From: Hemiscyllium ocellatum
Lineage: Eukaryota
DNA: 64,000 nucleotides
Assembly (NCBI RefSeq): GCF_020745735.1
Contig: NC_083429.1
Coordinates: 48,341,877 to 48,405,876, forward strand
Reading direction: 5' to 3'
The notes under the pieces were generated by a model. That model ran no database searches, was not told where the DNA came from, and saw only the letters and a program-made list of their open reading frames with translations. Shown here one piece after another: positions 48,686-60,480 of this stretch (positions are counted from its first letter, which is position 1; every line of letters starts with the position of its first letter). The position numbers and the translations under genes are program-made.

Positions 48686-50707
48686 AGAATGATCTTTGTG
48701 TGAGACAACTGGAGTCTTCAGGTTCATAGGCAGTTTAACAAGATTTCTGCAAATCGGTGAACGTGGCTGTGGGAAGCAAGAGAAACAGGATAATTGCAGA
48801 TCAGCAATAAATTGTTCAGCACAGTGAAGGATTGCAAGTTTAATTTCAGAGGTGAAATTAAATTAGTGCACTTTATCAGGAAGGAAATGGTAGAACTGAG
48901 ATCAGTTTGTGAGGATCAGTTTAGTGTAAGATTGAAAAATGATAAACTGATATAGTTGGAAGATTAATTGGTGTGTTTAATCGGAGTTTCTCCAGCAATT
49001 TCTATTTTTCTTCATTAAATTTACCTCTGCAACACTCTCTTCACACTTTTGTGCAGTTCATAATTAAAGGCAAACATCTTGTCAGTTAATTTCAGGGAGT
49101 GCCCTGTTGATTGCGTAATGCTTTCTACTCTATCTTTTCTGGTTGAAGTCGCTATGTCTGAAATTGAATGTTATACTTGAAGAATATTGTCAGGTCTGAG
49201 ACAACTCAGTCTTTCCCAACTTGTTCCTTTGAAAACGATTTCACTCTGGTGAAATTACATCCAGAGTGTTGTGTGAAATCCAGGGCATTGTGTTAATGAA
49301 TTCTAACAAAGAACAAGACATGGTGTTTTCCACTGAAATTAGTGATTCTTAATTGTTATGTTTCAGAATTGTGATTCATTGTGCAGAAGTAAAAACAATT
49401 CTCCAATTGCATGAGAAATGTCGTCTTCACTGCCGTCACATCAGAACAGAAATTCAAACTCATTTTCTATAGAGATAAGATAACTGAGATTGCTAGACAC
49501 AATAAAAAAGCAAAAGACAAACATTTATGCACTATTTTGCACAGCATAGGACAACTCAAAGAACTCTTGAATATGTGAAGTAATTTTGAGGTGTAGCCAT
49601 TGGTTTAGTGTATGAAATATATAGCCAATTGGTGCACAGCAAGCTCTCACAGTCTGGGATCAGATAATGATAAATTAATCCACATTTGTGATGGAAGGTT
49701 AAGTGTTCATCAAGACACTGGTCAGATCTACCCTCTTGCTCTTTGATCTTCCATATCCAGCCAAGCAAATAAATAAAGCAGGAGTAAATTACTGCAGATG
49801 CTGGAATCTGAACTGAAAGCAAATAGTGCTGGAGATCACAGCAGGTCAGGCAGCATCCATGGAGAGAGATTAAGCTAATGTTTCAAATCTAGATTGCTTT
49901 TCATCAGAGCTCTGAACATTCGCTTGCTCTCTCTCCATGGATGCTGCTGGACCTGCTGTGAACACCAATAAGATAGATAAGGCTTCTGTTTAACTTTTCA
50001 CGACTGTTGGCCTACATTTTTGTGCTCAAGTACCGAAGTAGGAACTGAATCACAAACCTTTAAATTCTCGGCAACAGTAATATCAAAGGCTCTGCAGCTG
50101 ACACTAAGTGCTTAAACACCTGATTTTGTTTTCCAAACCAAATCACCAAGTACAATTTCAAACATGCTTTTAATAGAACTGCTGTGATGATTGGGGAATG
50201 TTGTGATGCATTGAACAACTTCTCAAGGCTGAAGACCATTATTTTCCTTTGTTTCATTTTGATTCTGTCCCTTTCTGAGGAGCTGGCACATTGCCACATC
50301 ATCCCCGAGGAGGGACCTTGCTCTCTGAGCCTTGGCAGTAGGCCAAAGGTGGGGATCTTTTGGCATCAGAGTCAAACCAACTCCTTCCTTTATGTGATAT
50401 CCATGGGAGAGAGTGTTTTTCATCAAGAGATCAACAGCATTGGTCCTGGCAGCTTTTCCAAAAGGGAACCAAAGTTGCAGCTCAACAGCAGAGACCAGCT
50501 TTTGCAGTTAACACAGTTTTGTGATCAAACCCTTTGCTCAAAGGAAGTGCATTTTTCAGGGTGAGTACCTCTCGTGAAGTTCACTGATGAGCAATAACAA
50601 CATGAGGGAAATTACTGAAGGATTCATGACAGAACTAAAGTGTCTTCTTCTGATTTATTTTTTCTTTCTTTCGCTAAAGGTCAAGTTGAAAAATTCATCC
50701 GATTACC

Positions 50708-51205
50708 ATGGCATATGCTTACGGAAATATGTGGGATGAAGAGGATGCACCTCACTTCCTTAAACCATGTCTTAAAAGTTACAACGCACCAAAGAATGGC
50801 AAGATCTATGTGATGTACCATGGAACCCATGCTGACAACGCAGATGCCATTCGGAGGAATGGTTTCAATCAAGCCTCTGATGGTATGCTGGGCCGTGGAG
50901 TCTATGTCAGTCGGGACATTCAGAAAGCCTGCAGATATCCACTGGATGCTCCTGACTATCAGAAGGTTGTGCTTAAGTTAAGAGTTAATGTGGGAAAGGT
51001 CAAAAAGATAGATTATCAAGGGCACCCATTGCAGAAGACTTGGCATGATCATGGCTATGACACGGCCTGGTGTCCTCCAGACTGTGGCATGGTACCAAGT
51101 GGTCTGGAGGAGGACTGTGTCTGGGATCCCAGGAGAATAAAGGTTGTTGAAATAATTCATCAATCAGCTCAGCCAAGCCCACTGTACTTCCCTGATTGTT
51201 ACTGA
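50708..51205 (+). CDS. gig2: Gig2-like protein, copy 2
   Basis: 148/165 aa identical to copy 1; acceptor AG at 50678-50679. Confidence 0.93.
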   Translation: MAYAYGNMWDEEDAPHFLKPCLKSYNAPKNGKIYVMYHGTHADNADAIRRNGFNQASDGMLGRGVYVSRDIQKACRYPLDAPDYQKVVLKLRVNVGKVKKIDYQGHPLQKTWHDHGYDTAWCPPDCGMVPSGLEEDCVWDPRRIKVVEIIHQSAQPSPLYFPDCY

Positions 51206-53144
51206 GTGGAATGGAGAGCTCAACTCCTTAAATGGGATAACAATGGTGGGGTTGGGATGGGGAAGGAGGGAAGTGGAGGATGTTCAGGAAAACTCTACCC
51301 TGATATCATCCCTTGGGCTAGGGAGGGAAGGTTCAAACGAGTTGTCACTCTAGAAGGTGGCCTTTGGTGAATAACCGGGGATTTAGGTTGATGCTCTATA
51401 ATCATAAAGCCTGCCAAGCACTCCTTAGAATAAAGTTCTTGGAGGCTGTCCTCCTGGCAATGTGTCATACATATTCAGCACCATCAGAGCATTGTTCTCA
51501 TCCATGTCCCAGTAACCTTCAGCGCCAGGAGTGGAGTCTCTGTAAAAACACAACGTGTTTACATTCACACAGGAAACACGGCTATTTTCCCAATGCACCG
51601 AAGGGTCACCACCAGCTGTGAAACAGGCCTTTAAAGTTGGAACTGAGTCACTGGGGAGAAAAGACAGTTGATGTCACGAAATATTTTACAGGAGGTTCAG
51701 AGGCACAAGATGCAATATTTTTCTTGAAATCCAATGTGTAAATGTGATCACTTTGTAACATTCTGTATACACACTTTTGGTGATTAGAAAAAGTATTGTT
51801 ATTTGCATTTCATGTGTTCAACTGAATAAAATCATTAGCTGTCTTTTTTTGTGGTCTCTCAATACTTACTGGATGCTGAAAAATAAATATTTGTCAAGCA
51901 ATTTTGAAATAATCATTCTATAAATGTGAAAGATAATGGCAGAATGGTGCATTGGTAAAGAATATTCTTTGTTCCCTCTGCTTGGTGGGAATTAGCTGGA
52001 ATGGAGGTTAACCTCCGGGAGACAGCCCATGCTCCTTTCTTTCCACTTTCCACTTGAGACATTAAGGTGGCAAGTCTCATGTGTGAACACAATAGAAAGA
52101 CAAAAAAAAACCAGAATTGTCTATAAGTCTGCTTTTTAAACAGGAAGTTACTGGGGCAAGGTTTCAGCCAGCTCAGGACAACAATGTGCAATGTAGTTAG
52201 CAACTAGTTTGTTGCAAATAAACCGGGTGCCCCACTGATGTTAGCAAGCATATCAAACTGATTATTTTGTATTCTTACATATAACTATTTTGAAAAATGC
52301 CAGTATAATTGAAGAAAGTTTGCCCAGAACAGTCATCTTTGAGTTAGCTCAGCATTTCTGGCATTGTGCCCTTGTTGGGGAAGCTTGACTCATTCAATAC
52401 TTCCGACAAAGGCTGGGCCTAGTATGTGGAAAGATGTGTTATTTTTTTCTGGCAAATAACAAGGGGGCAGATGAAAGACTACGAGTAATCCTTCTGACTG
52501 GTTGCAGTCCCATAGCATTTTCAGTTATTAGATGCTTAACTTTCCCCGAGGCACCAGGTACTGAAAGACTTCAAGAGTTGATGGATTTAGTTAAGGAATA
52601 TTACAACTTCAAATCTCCTCTAATTCTGAGACACAATTGGTTTTACTCAGCTGTTGGAAAATTACAGGAATCCATATTTGGATTTGTGATGAGGTTAAAA
52701 TGACTGACTGAGCCATATGATTTTCGAATGAGATGCTGAGACACCGTTTGGTATATGGGTGTAATGACATTACCATGTAGAAGAGCCCACTAGCTGAAGT
52801 CCAACGGGACCTCAAACAGGAACTACAACTGGCTCTGTCTTTAGAAAATGCAGTAAGTGGAGCATGTGAGCTACAGGATATTCCAATGAGAGTGGATACC
52901 CTCACCTGTCCAAGGGACCTTGGGGTACAGAGGTCAGCTCACAACAAAATCCCACAAATCTTGCTAAATGGCTACATTTTCTCAGGATCTGGGTTGGCAA
53001 GCCATTGTTGTTGCTGCTGGAATGTAGATCAAGATAACAAAGAAGTCTTATGAGGCCTGACTTTAGTAAGAGAGCTCACAGGCTGATATCCAGGAGAGTG
53101 CACACCTTGGTAAATCCACCCACTTGTGGTTTTCTACAGTCACG

Positions 53145-53273
53145 TTCCTGATGAAGGGCTTATGCCCGAAACGCCGACCCTTCTGCTCCTCAGATGCTGC
53201 CTGAACTCCTGTGCTTTTCCAGCGTCATTCTCTTTAACTCTGACTCTCCAGCATGTGCAGTCCTCACGTTCTC
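53145..53273 (+). mobile_element. Penelope family B pLTR (paralog at 47155-47282)
   Basis: ttcCTGATGAagggcttatgcccGAAAcgcc; present in both duplication units. Confidence 0.75.
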
Positions 53274-53549
53274 CAAGGAACAGTTAAATTGCTTAGAAAC
53301 ATCCAAATCAGAACCAATTAAAATAAATGTCTGGCTAAAGGGTCACCCAGTTTTCATGGAGATCGATACCAGCACAGCTGTATAGTGGTTGCAGAACTTG
53401 CCTTTAACAAGATTCACTGTAGACTCCAACCCTTACATTTGTACAAGACCATGGACAGACTGACAGCATACACCAGGGAGCTGCTACAGATTAAGGGTAT
53501 GACTTCAGTTCTGGTTTCCTATGAGAAACATTTGATGCAGCTACCTTAG

Positions 53550-54510
53550 CCTTCTGTTGGGAAATAAGGCATGGCAAGTGTCTGAGGTATCAGTGGGGAG
53601 GGGGGGGGGGGGGGGGGGGGGGGCGGCACTTTGGGGCCAGTGATTATAATTCTATTGGTTTTAAAATAGCTATGGAAAATGATAGACCTGATCTAAAAGT
53701 CAAAGTTCTAAATTGGGGTAAGACCAATTTTGACAGTATTAGATAAGAGCTTTCAAATTTTGATTGTGATAGGCTATTTGCAGGTACAGGGACAGTTGGA
53801 AAGTGGAAGGCCTTCAAATATGAGATAGTGAGAGCCCAAAGATAGTATGCTCCTGTGAGTGTGAAGGGTTGGATGATTGGAGAATTTGTGGCTCTAGTCA
53901 AGAAAATGAAAGTGGCATATGGCAGGGGCAGACAGCTGGGTTTGAGCGAATCCCTTGACGAGTATAAGGTCACTGGGAGTATACTGAAAAGGGTAACGAG
54001 GAAGGAAAAAAGGGGACATGAGATAGTTTGAAAATAGGGTTAAGGAGAATCTAAAGAGATTCTACAAATACATTAAGGACAAAAGAGTAACTAGGGAGAG
54101 AATAGGGCTCCTTAAAGATCAGCAAGGCTGTCTATGTATGGAACCACAGGAGATGGGTAAGATACTAAACAAATATTTCATGTCAGTATTTATTGTGGAG
54201 AAGGACACAGAAGTTAGAGAACTTGGAGACATAAACAGTGATATTTTGAAATGTGTTAATATTACAGAGGGGGAGATGCTGGACATCTTAAAATGCATGA
54301 AGGTAGATGAATCCCTGACACATGATCATCTGGTGTATCCCAGAACTTTGTGGGTAACTGAGTGTTGCCGGGCCCCTTGATGAGATATTTGTATCATCAG
54401 GGGCCAAGGGTGAGATGCCAGAAGACTGGAGGGGGCAACTGTGGTGCTATTATTTGAGAAAGCTAGAAAGAAGAAGCCAGGGCGAACTATAGACTGGTGA
54501 GCCTGACTAG
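53550..54510 (+). mobile_element. CR1 ORF2 fragment (endonuclease-RT linker)
   Basis: MEPQEMGKILNKYFMSVF; similar to 8900-9800. Confidence 0.8.
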
Positions 54511-55468
54511 ATTAATTTAGGGTATGTTGTCAGCTTGGACAGGTTGGCCTAAAGGGTCTGTACCTGTGCTGTTAGCCTCTATAACATGTACATCCTGGGG
54601 TTCTATTCAGAACATTCATTAACCATTTCCTGAGAAGCAAGTTGCCATGGATGCTTGACTTGGTAGTCATGCTACGTTTGGCCAACATGTTGGGAGACAT
54701 TGGGCGAGACATCAAACTTGCGATTACATCATGATCTGGAAGGAGAGGAAGCTGGGAATCGTTGGCCCAGCTGCAACCTTGCACCTTGTGACCCGAAAAT
54801 GGAGGGTGAAGACAAGCCTTCATTGGTTGACACCTACAAGTCACAAGCTCCCTGGTACTGCACCATCAATTCAGTCACTAATGCATCTACCGGGGTAGGG
54901 TAGGGTCAAAGATTATATTTGGTGGTACAGAAGGCACTGTGGCATTCTCTGAGTCCACAAAAAAGCTTGTGCTGCTCTCTGCCCTTGTACACCCACTCCA
55001 TCACTGCAATTACTTCCTTGATTGTCCCCCAGGTAACCACGATTTGTTGACCAAGCTGTTGTTTATCACCTTTATGCTCGGCTTCTCCTTATTGGTGTTT
55101 GATTAAGACATTGCCATTAAAATAACGTTGGACTTCCACTCTAGTCCCTGGAGGGTCTGTCCTTTGTTTCCACTAGTCGCCCATTCAATATTTAGAACTT
55201 TCCCTACAGGAAACTGATATTCATGTGTGTAATTGTGGTGCTCAAAGCAGCAACTGTTTTAATAGAAATGAAACATGCACACACTTTAATAAAAGGATGA
55301 TGCACTGTTGTCTTAAGATCATAAGAAATGAAGGCAGGAGATGGTTATTGACCCATCAAGCCTGTTATGCTATTCAAAATGATCAGGGCTGATGTGATTG
55401 TGGCTTTAACTCCAGCCTGTCCCACATAACCCTCAAACACTTTGAAAAACTGTCTAACTCATCCTTGA

Positions 55469-56660
55469 CTGAAAATGTGTTGCTGGAAAAGCGCAGCAGG
55501 TCAGGCAGCATTCAAGGAACAGGAAATTCGACATTTTGGGCATAAGCCCTTCATCAGGAATGAGGAAAGTGTGTCCAGCAGGCTAACATAAAAGGTAGGG
55601 AGGAGGGATTTGGGGGAGGGGCGATGGAGATGTGATAGGTGGATGGAGGTCAAGGTGAGGGTGATAGGCCGGAGTGGGGTGGGGGCGGAGCGGTCAGGAA
55701 GAAGATTGCAGGTTAGGAAGGCGGTGCTGCGTTCGAGGGATTTGACTGAGACAAGGTGGGGGGAGGGGAAATGAGGAAACTGGAGAAATCTGAGTTCATC
55801 CCTTGTGTTTGGAGGGTTCCCAGGCGAAAGATGAGGTGCTCTTCCTCCAACTGTCGTGTTGTTATGGTCTGGCGATGGAGGAGTACAAGGACCTGCATGT
55901 CCTTGGTGGAGTGGGAGGGGGAGTTAAAGTGTTGAGCTACAGGGTGGTTGGGTTGGTTGGTCCGGGTGTCCCAGAAGTGTTCTCTGAAACATTCCGCAAG
56001 TAGGCGGCCTGTCTCCCCAATATAGAGGAGGCCATATCGGGTGCAGCGAATGCAATAGATGATGTGTGTGGAGGTGCAGGTGAATTTGTGGCAGATATGG
56101 AAGGATCCCTTGGGGCCTTGGAGAGAAGTAAGGGAGGACGTGTGGGCGCAAGTTTTGCATTTCTTGCGGTTGCAGGGGAAGGTGCCGGGAGTGGAGGTTG
56201 GGTTGGTGGGGGGTGTCGACCTGACGAGGAAGTCACGGAGAGAGTGGTCTTTTCGGAACGCTGATAGGGGAGGGGAGGGAAATATATCCCTGGTGGTGGG
56301 GTCCGTTTGGAGGTGGCGGAAATGACGGCGGATGATACGTTGTATACGGAGGTTGGTGGGGTGGTAGGTGAGAATCAGTGGGGTTCTGTCCTGGTGGTGG
56401 TTGGAGGGGCAGGGCTCAAGGGCGGAGGAGCGGGAAGTGGAGGAGATGCGGTGGAGGGCATCATCGATCACGTCTGGGGGGAATCTGTGGTCCTTGAAGA
56501 AGGAGGCCATCTGGGCTTTACGATATTGGAACTGGTCCTCCTGGGAGCAGATGCGGCGGAGACAAAGAAATTGGGAATATGGGATGGCGTTTTTACAGGG
56601 GGCAGGGTGGGAGGAGGTGTAGTCTAGGTAGCTGTGGGAGTCAGTTGGTTTATAGTAGAT
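55469..56660 (-). mobile_element. Penelope-like element (Neptune type): RT thumb, Cys linker and GIY-YIG endonuclease, then family B pLTR
   Basis: ORF 55713..56684: YYKPTDSHSYL..SSHP..CKNAIPYSQFL.LRRICS, CNRKKCKTC, IIYCIRC...LLYIGETGR.L..FREH, VAQHFN; hammerhead at ~55527-55562. Confidence 0.93.
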
Positions 56661-58199
56661 CTTATCCTTGAATCTACCCAACAATTCAACATCCGCAGGA
56701 AAGTGGATTTGAGGATTATCATATCCGCCATGATTTCATTGAGTGAGGAAGCAGAATCAATGGGCTGAATGGCCTACTTTTGCATCGGATAGTCTTTCTG
56801 ATCTCCCTGTGGAAGAAAGTTTTAAAATTTAATGTTCGTCAGTTCTTGCTTGGTGAAAATATCATCACTATCAAGATCAAGAAGTGTTGAAGAATTTCCC
56901 CAACACTGGTACGGACTTTTATTCCCCTCTTAATCAAGCCTGTTGGGTCAATTTACAATCCTGGTCAAATATCAATGACAGGCCTTCAGCCATTGCACAT
57001 CTGTACTGAGCAATTCTCTCATTAGATTCCTCCAAATGTGTTGCTTCTCTGTTAAAAGCCTCCCCAAAATGTGTGATTGTGTGTATATGAGAATCTATAA
57101 TATTGTATAGGCTTGTTTATGACAAGCTGAGTATGTGCATGTATTCCTTTGCAAATGTAAAAAAACGTGTGATGCCTTTCCTTTTAAACAAATCCTAACT
57201 AGTTAATTTACTTGATCATTAAAAACTGACTCACTGTAGCTATTTCATGTGTGGTGAATTGCTTATCGACCATATTCACAAAATATGGCAGAAATACGTT
57301 AATGTTGTATTGATACAAATGTCTTATAAAGTATTTATTATGCAAATTAAATTTCATTCTGCCAACTGAATGATGTGGGCAGGATGAAATACTGCCATCT
57401 AAAGTACATTTGTGTATCTGAAGGAAGCCGTGGGTTACAGCAGTGAAATTTGAGTTAACTGAAATACAGTTAACCTTGACGTTTGGTGAAGTAACAAAAC
57501 TACAAATAGTTGAAAATAAGATAACCAGGAAGAACAATATTTGAGTGAAGTGGGCAGAGGAGAAGGAAGCCTCCACTTATTTGTAGCAATGGTAGGGAAT
57601 GCAGTTTGAACTGGGGGAGGCTAGGATTAGTATTTCCGATTGCTAGTGGAGTAGACAACAGGAAGATGGGTGACAGTGAGGGATGGAAGAAGGGCACAAT
57701 CAACTTGAACAGGGGGAATGAAGAAAAGGGTGTGGGTAGGGAACGTCAGAGTGAGAAATGTGAATTAAATGTCAGGTAAACAGCATGTGACCTGGTGATT
57801 CAAAAAGGAGGAAGAGTTATACTCTAAACACGTCTACAATCTGAAAAAGGGAGTTTACAATTAAATATGAACAATTACCCACATTCAGTTTATCACAGAT
57901 GTCATGTCCACAGCAAATATGTGAGACAGTATCTTTTTAACATCAGTAGCTAATAGTCTAATGTGATCCAATTAGCTCAATAACAGGGATTAACCTTTAG
58001 TGACATCATGAATGTAGTTGACCCAGTGTTGTTCCAGGTCATTTCTATTCACAGTATATCCCTGACTGAAGATTTTCCTATTGCAGCCTCTGTTATACAC
58101 ACATGTCTTCCTCAGTGTCCTGTACAATAACCAGCAGTAGTAATGTAGGGCCATTTCTCCACAGCAGGATTATCCAAAACACAGCCAATTAGACTACAA

Positions 58200-58327
58200 A
58201 TGGTTGAAGGGCTTTTGCCCGAAACGTCTATTTCGCTGCTCCTTGGATGCTGCCTGAACTGCTGTGCTCTTCCAGCACCACTGATCCAGAATCTGGTTTC
58301 CAGCATCTGCAGTCATTGTTTTTACCT
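58200..58327 (+). mobile_element. Penelope family B-related pLTR fragment
   Basis: gaagggcttttgcccGAAAcgtc plus family tail; CUGAUGA is truncated. Confidence 0.7.
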
Positions 58328-58814
58328 TACAAATAGTTGTGGCAATCTCATTTCTGACTGGCTTTTCCCATCAGAACCTTGATGGTGTAGGGGTTTGGAA
58401 AGGATGGGGGTGGGGGCATGGGACGGAGTTGGGACGAGCAGGACGTGTCACAGTGGGTTTGATACTGATGGACAATAGAAACGTCTTCTTTATCTGGTGA
58501 ATGCTGGGGCTCAATGTTTTGGGATGTGGGCCTGGAAAATTCGGAGCTCTGCAGGCACAACAGCCTCCCAATCCTGTTCTCCACCTTGGCTCTTTTGATC
58601 AATGCAGGTCCATGAGTTGTAGGCAGACAGTTATGAAGAGCCTCACTGAGTGATTCCTGATTGGATGATTCTTGTTGGGATGGGTTTTGAGGTGACACAA
58701 GGTGGGGTTGATGCTGGGTTATGCTCAGCTAAATGGGCACTGAGCACCAGGCTGCAGTGGCAGATATCCAATCAGGCTGCCTGAGACTTCATCCCTACTT
58801 GGGTGTTACAGTCA

Positions 58815-59005
58815 GAGGGGAGAAAGTGAGGTCTGCAGATCAGAGCTGAAAATGTGTTGCTGGAAAAGCGCAGCAGGTCAGGCAGCATCCAAGGAACAGG
58901 AGATTCGATGTCTCAGCCTGAAGAAGGGCTTATGCCTGAAACGTCGAATCTCCTGTTCCTTGGATGCTGCCTGACCTGCTGCGCTTTTCCAGCAACACAT
59001 TTTCA
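58815..59005. mobile_element. Palindromic Penelope family B element
   Basis: 13 bp TSD ggtgttacagtca (58802-58814 and 59006-59018); CTGAAGAagggcttatgcctGAAAcgtc. Confidence 0.82.
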
Positions 59006-59189
59006 GGTGTTACAGTCAAAGGCTGACCTGCAGAATGCCTCACACACCACTGGTGGCTAGGCTACTTTGTGCGGTATTTTTCATTCAACTGAATGAACTG
59101 GTGGACAGGGCACCATCTGGTCGAATCATACTCCCACTTGCTTACCGGGTGCAGTAGCTTCTCTGGGTGCCTCACCTTTACAAGATTTC

Positions 59190-60010
59190 AGACCCTGACC
59201 GGACTGATTCCTGGGATGGTGGGACTGATATATGAAGAGAGGCTTGATCAGTCAGGGCTGTGTTTACTGCAGTTTGGATGCCTGAGGAGGGATCTCATAA
59301 AAACCTGAAAAAATCTAATTGGATTAGTCAGGGTTAATGGAGGAAGGATGTTCCTGATTACTGAGGAGTCGACAGGATGACTCAGTGACTCAGTGGTTAG
59401 CACTGCTGCCTCACAGTGCCAGGTACCCAAATTTGATTCCAGTCTTGGGCAACTGTCTGTGTGGAGTTTGCACATTCTCCCAGAGGCTGCATAGGTTTCC
59501 TCCAGGTGCTCTGGTTTCCACCCACAGTCCGAAGATGTGCAGGTTAGGTGGATTGGCTATGCTAAATTTCCCCATTGTATCCAGGGATGTGCAGGCTGGG
59601 TGTATTGGCCTTAGGAAATGCAAGGTTACAAGAATGGGATGGGTCAGGGTGGGATGCTCTACAGAAGGTCAGTGCAGACTCAGTTGGCCTCCTCCTGTGC
59701 TGTAGGGATTTTTTGAAGCAGGGGTCTCTGTGTAAGGATATAGGATTGGCTATTTAGGACTGAGATGAAGAGAAATTTATTCACCCAGAGAATCATGAGC
59801 CTGTGAAATTCACTAATACAGAAAGCAGTTGAAGTTAAACATTGAATGCTTTAATGAAGAAGTTATGATTATTAAGTTTAATGGGATCAAAGGGCATGGG
59901 GCATAAAAGGGATCAGGATTCCGAGTTGGGTGATCATACATAATCATTTTGAATAGCAGAAAGGGTTGAAGGGCTGAATGGCCTACTCCTGTTCCTCGTT
60001 TTATTGTTTC
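59190..60010 (+). mobile_element. CR1 3' fragment with nested HE1 SINE (~59380-59710)
   Basis: LIPGMVGLIYEERLDQ.GL before the SINE; CR1 tail after it. Confidence 0.8.
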
Positions 60011-60371
60011 TATGAGTGCACCAATCCAGCAATGAATGGGATGTATTTGGATCTTCACCCATGCAGACGCGATTTGCGATTGTTCTCCAACCGATGGAAA
60101 CTTACATTACGTCGACAGAAGATGGATTTGGAAGAATTCTGAGGCCAACCTTGAATGACCAGTGTGTGATCCATGATATGTCCCAGTTCCTCAGTGTCAA
60201 GTAGGATAGAAAGGATTATCCGTATCCTATGGAACTGATCCCAACAATTGAGATTGATGAGCTTGGTTGAACGTGAGTGGGCAGATTTCAGCTGGAGAAT
60301 GAACACTGGCATTAGGTTATCAGGCCTGTTTCTGTGTTGCAATATTTTGGTACACAATCATGTAGCTAGCT

Positions 60372-60480
60372 ACCTGAAGTAGTGCTCCGAAAGCTATTAC
60401 TTCCAAATAAACCTGTTGGACTATAACCTGGTGTTTTTTAACTTTGCCCACTCCTGTCCAACACTGGCACCTCCACATCT
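60372..60480 (+). mobile_element. Penelope family A pLTR fragment
   Basis: gctccGAAAgcta...aaataaacctgttggactataacctggtg. Confidence 0.7.

Larger units (their letters stand above)
47900..53550 (+). repeat. Gig2 tandem duplication unit 2
   Basis: See unit 1. Confidence 0.88.

Noticed and set aside
53594-53623. Long poly-G run, potential G-quadruplex
   Set aside because: Homopolymer expansion within a CR1 fragment; its length may be a sequencing artefact
58348-58698. 116 aa minus-strand ORF in a GC-richer segment
   Set aside because: Could not be assigned; likely an unrecognised repeat fragment
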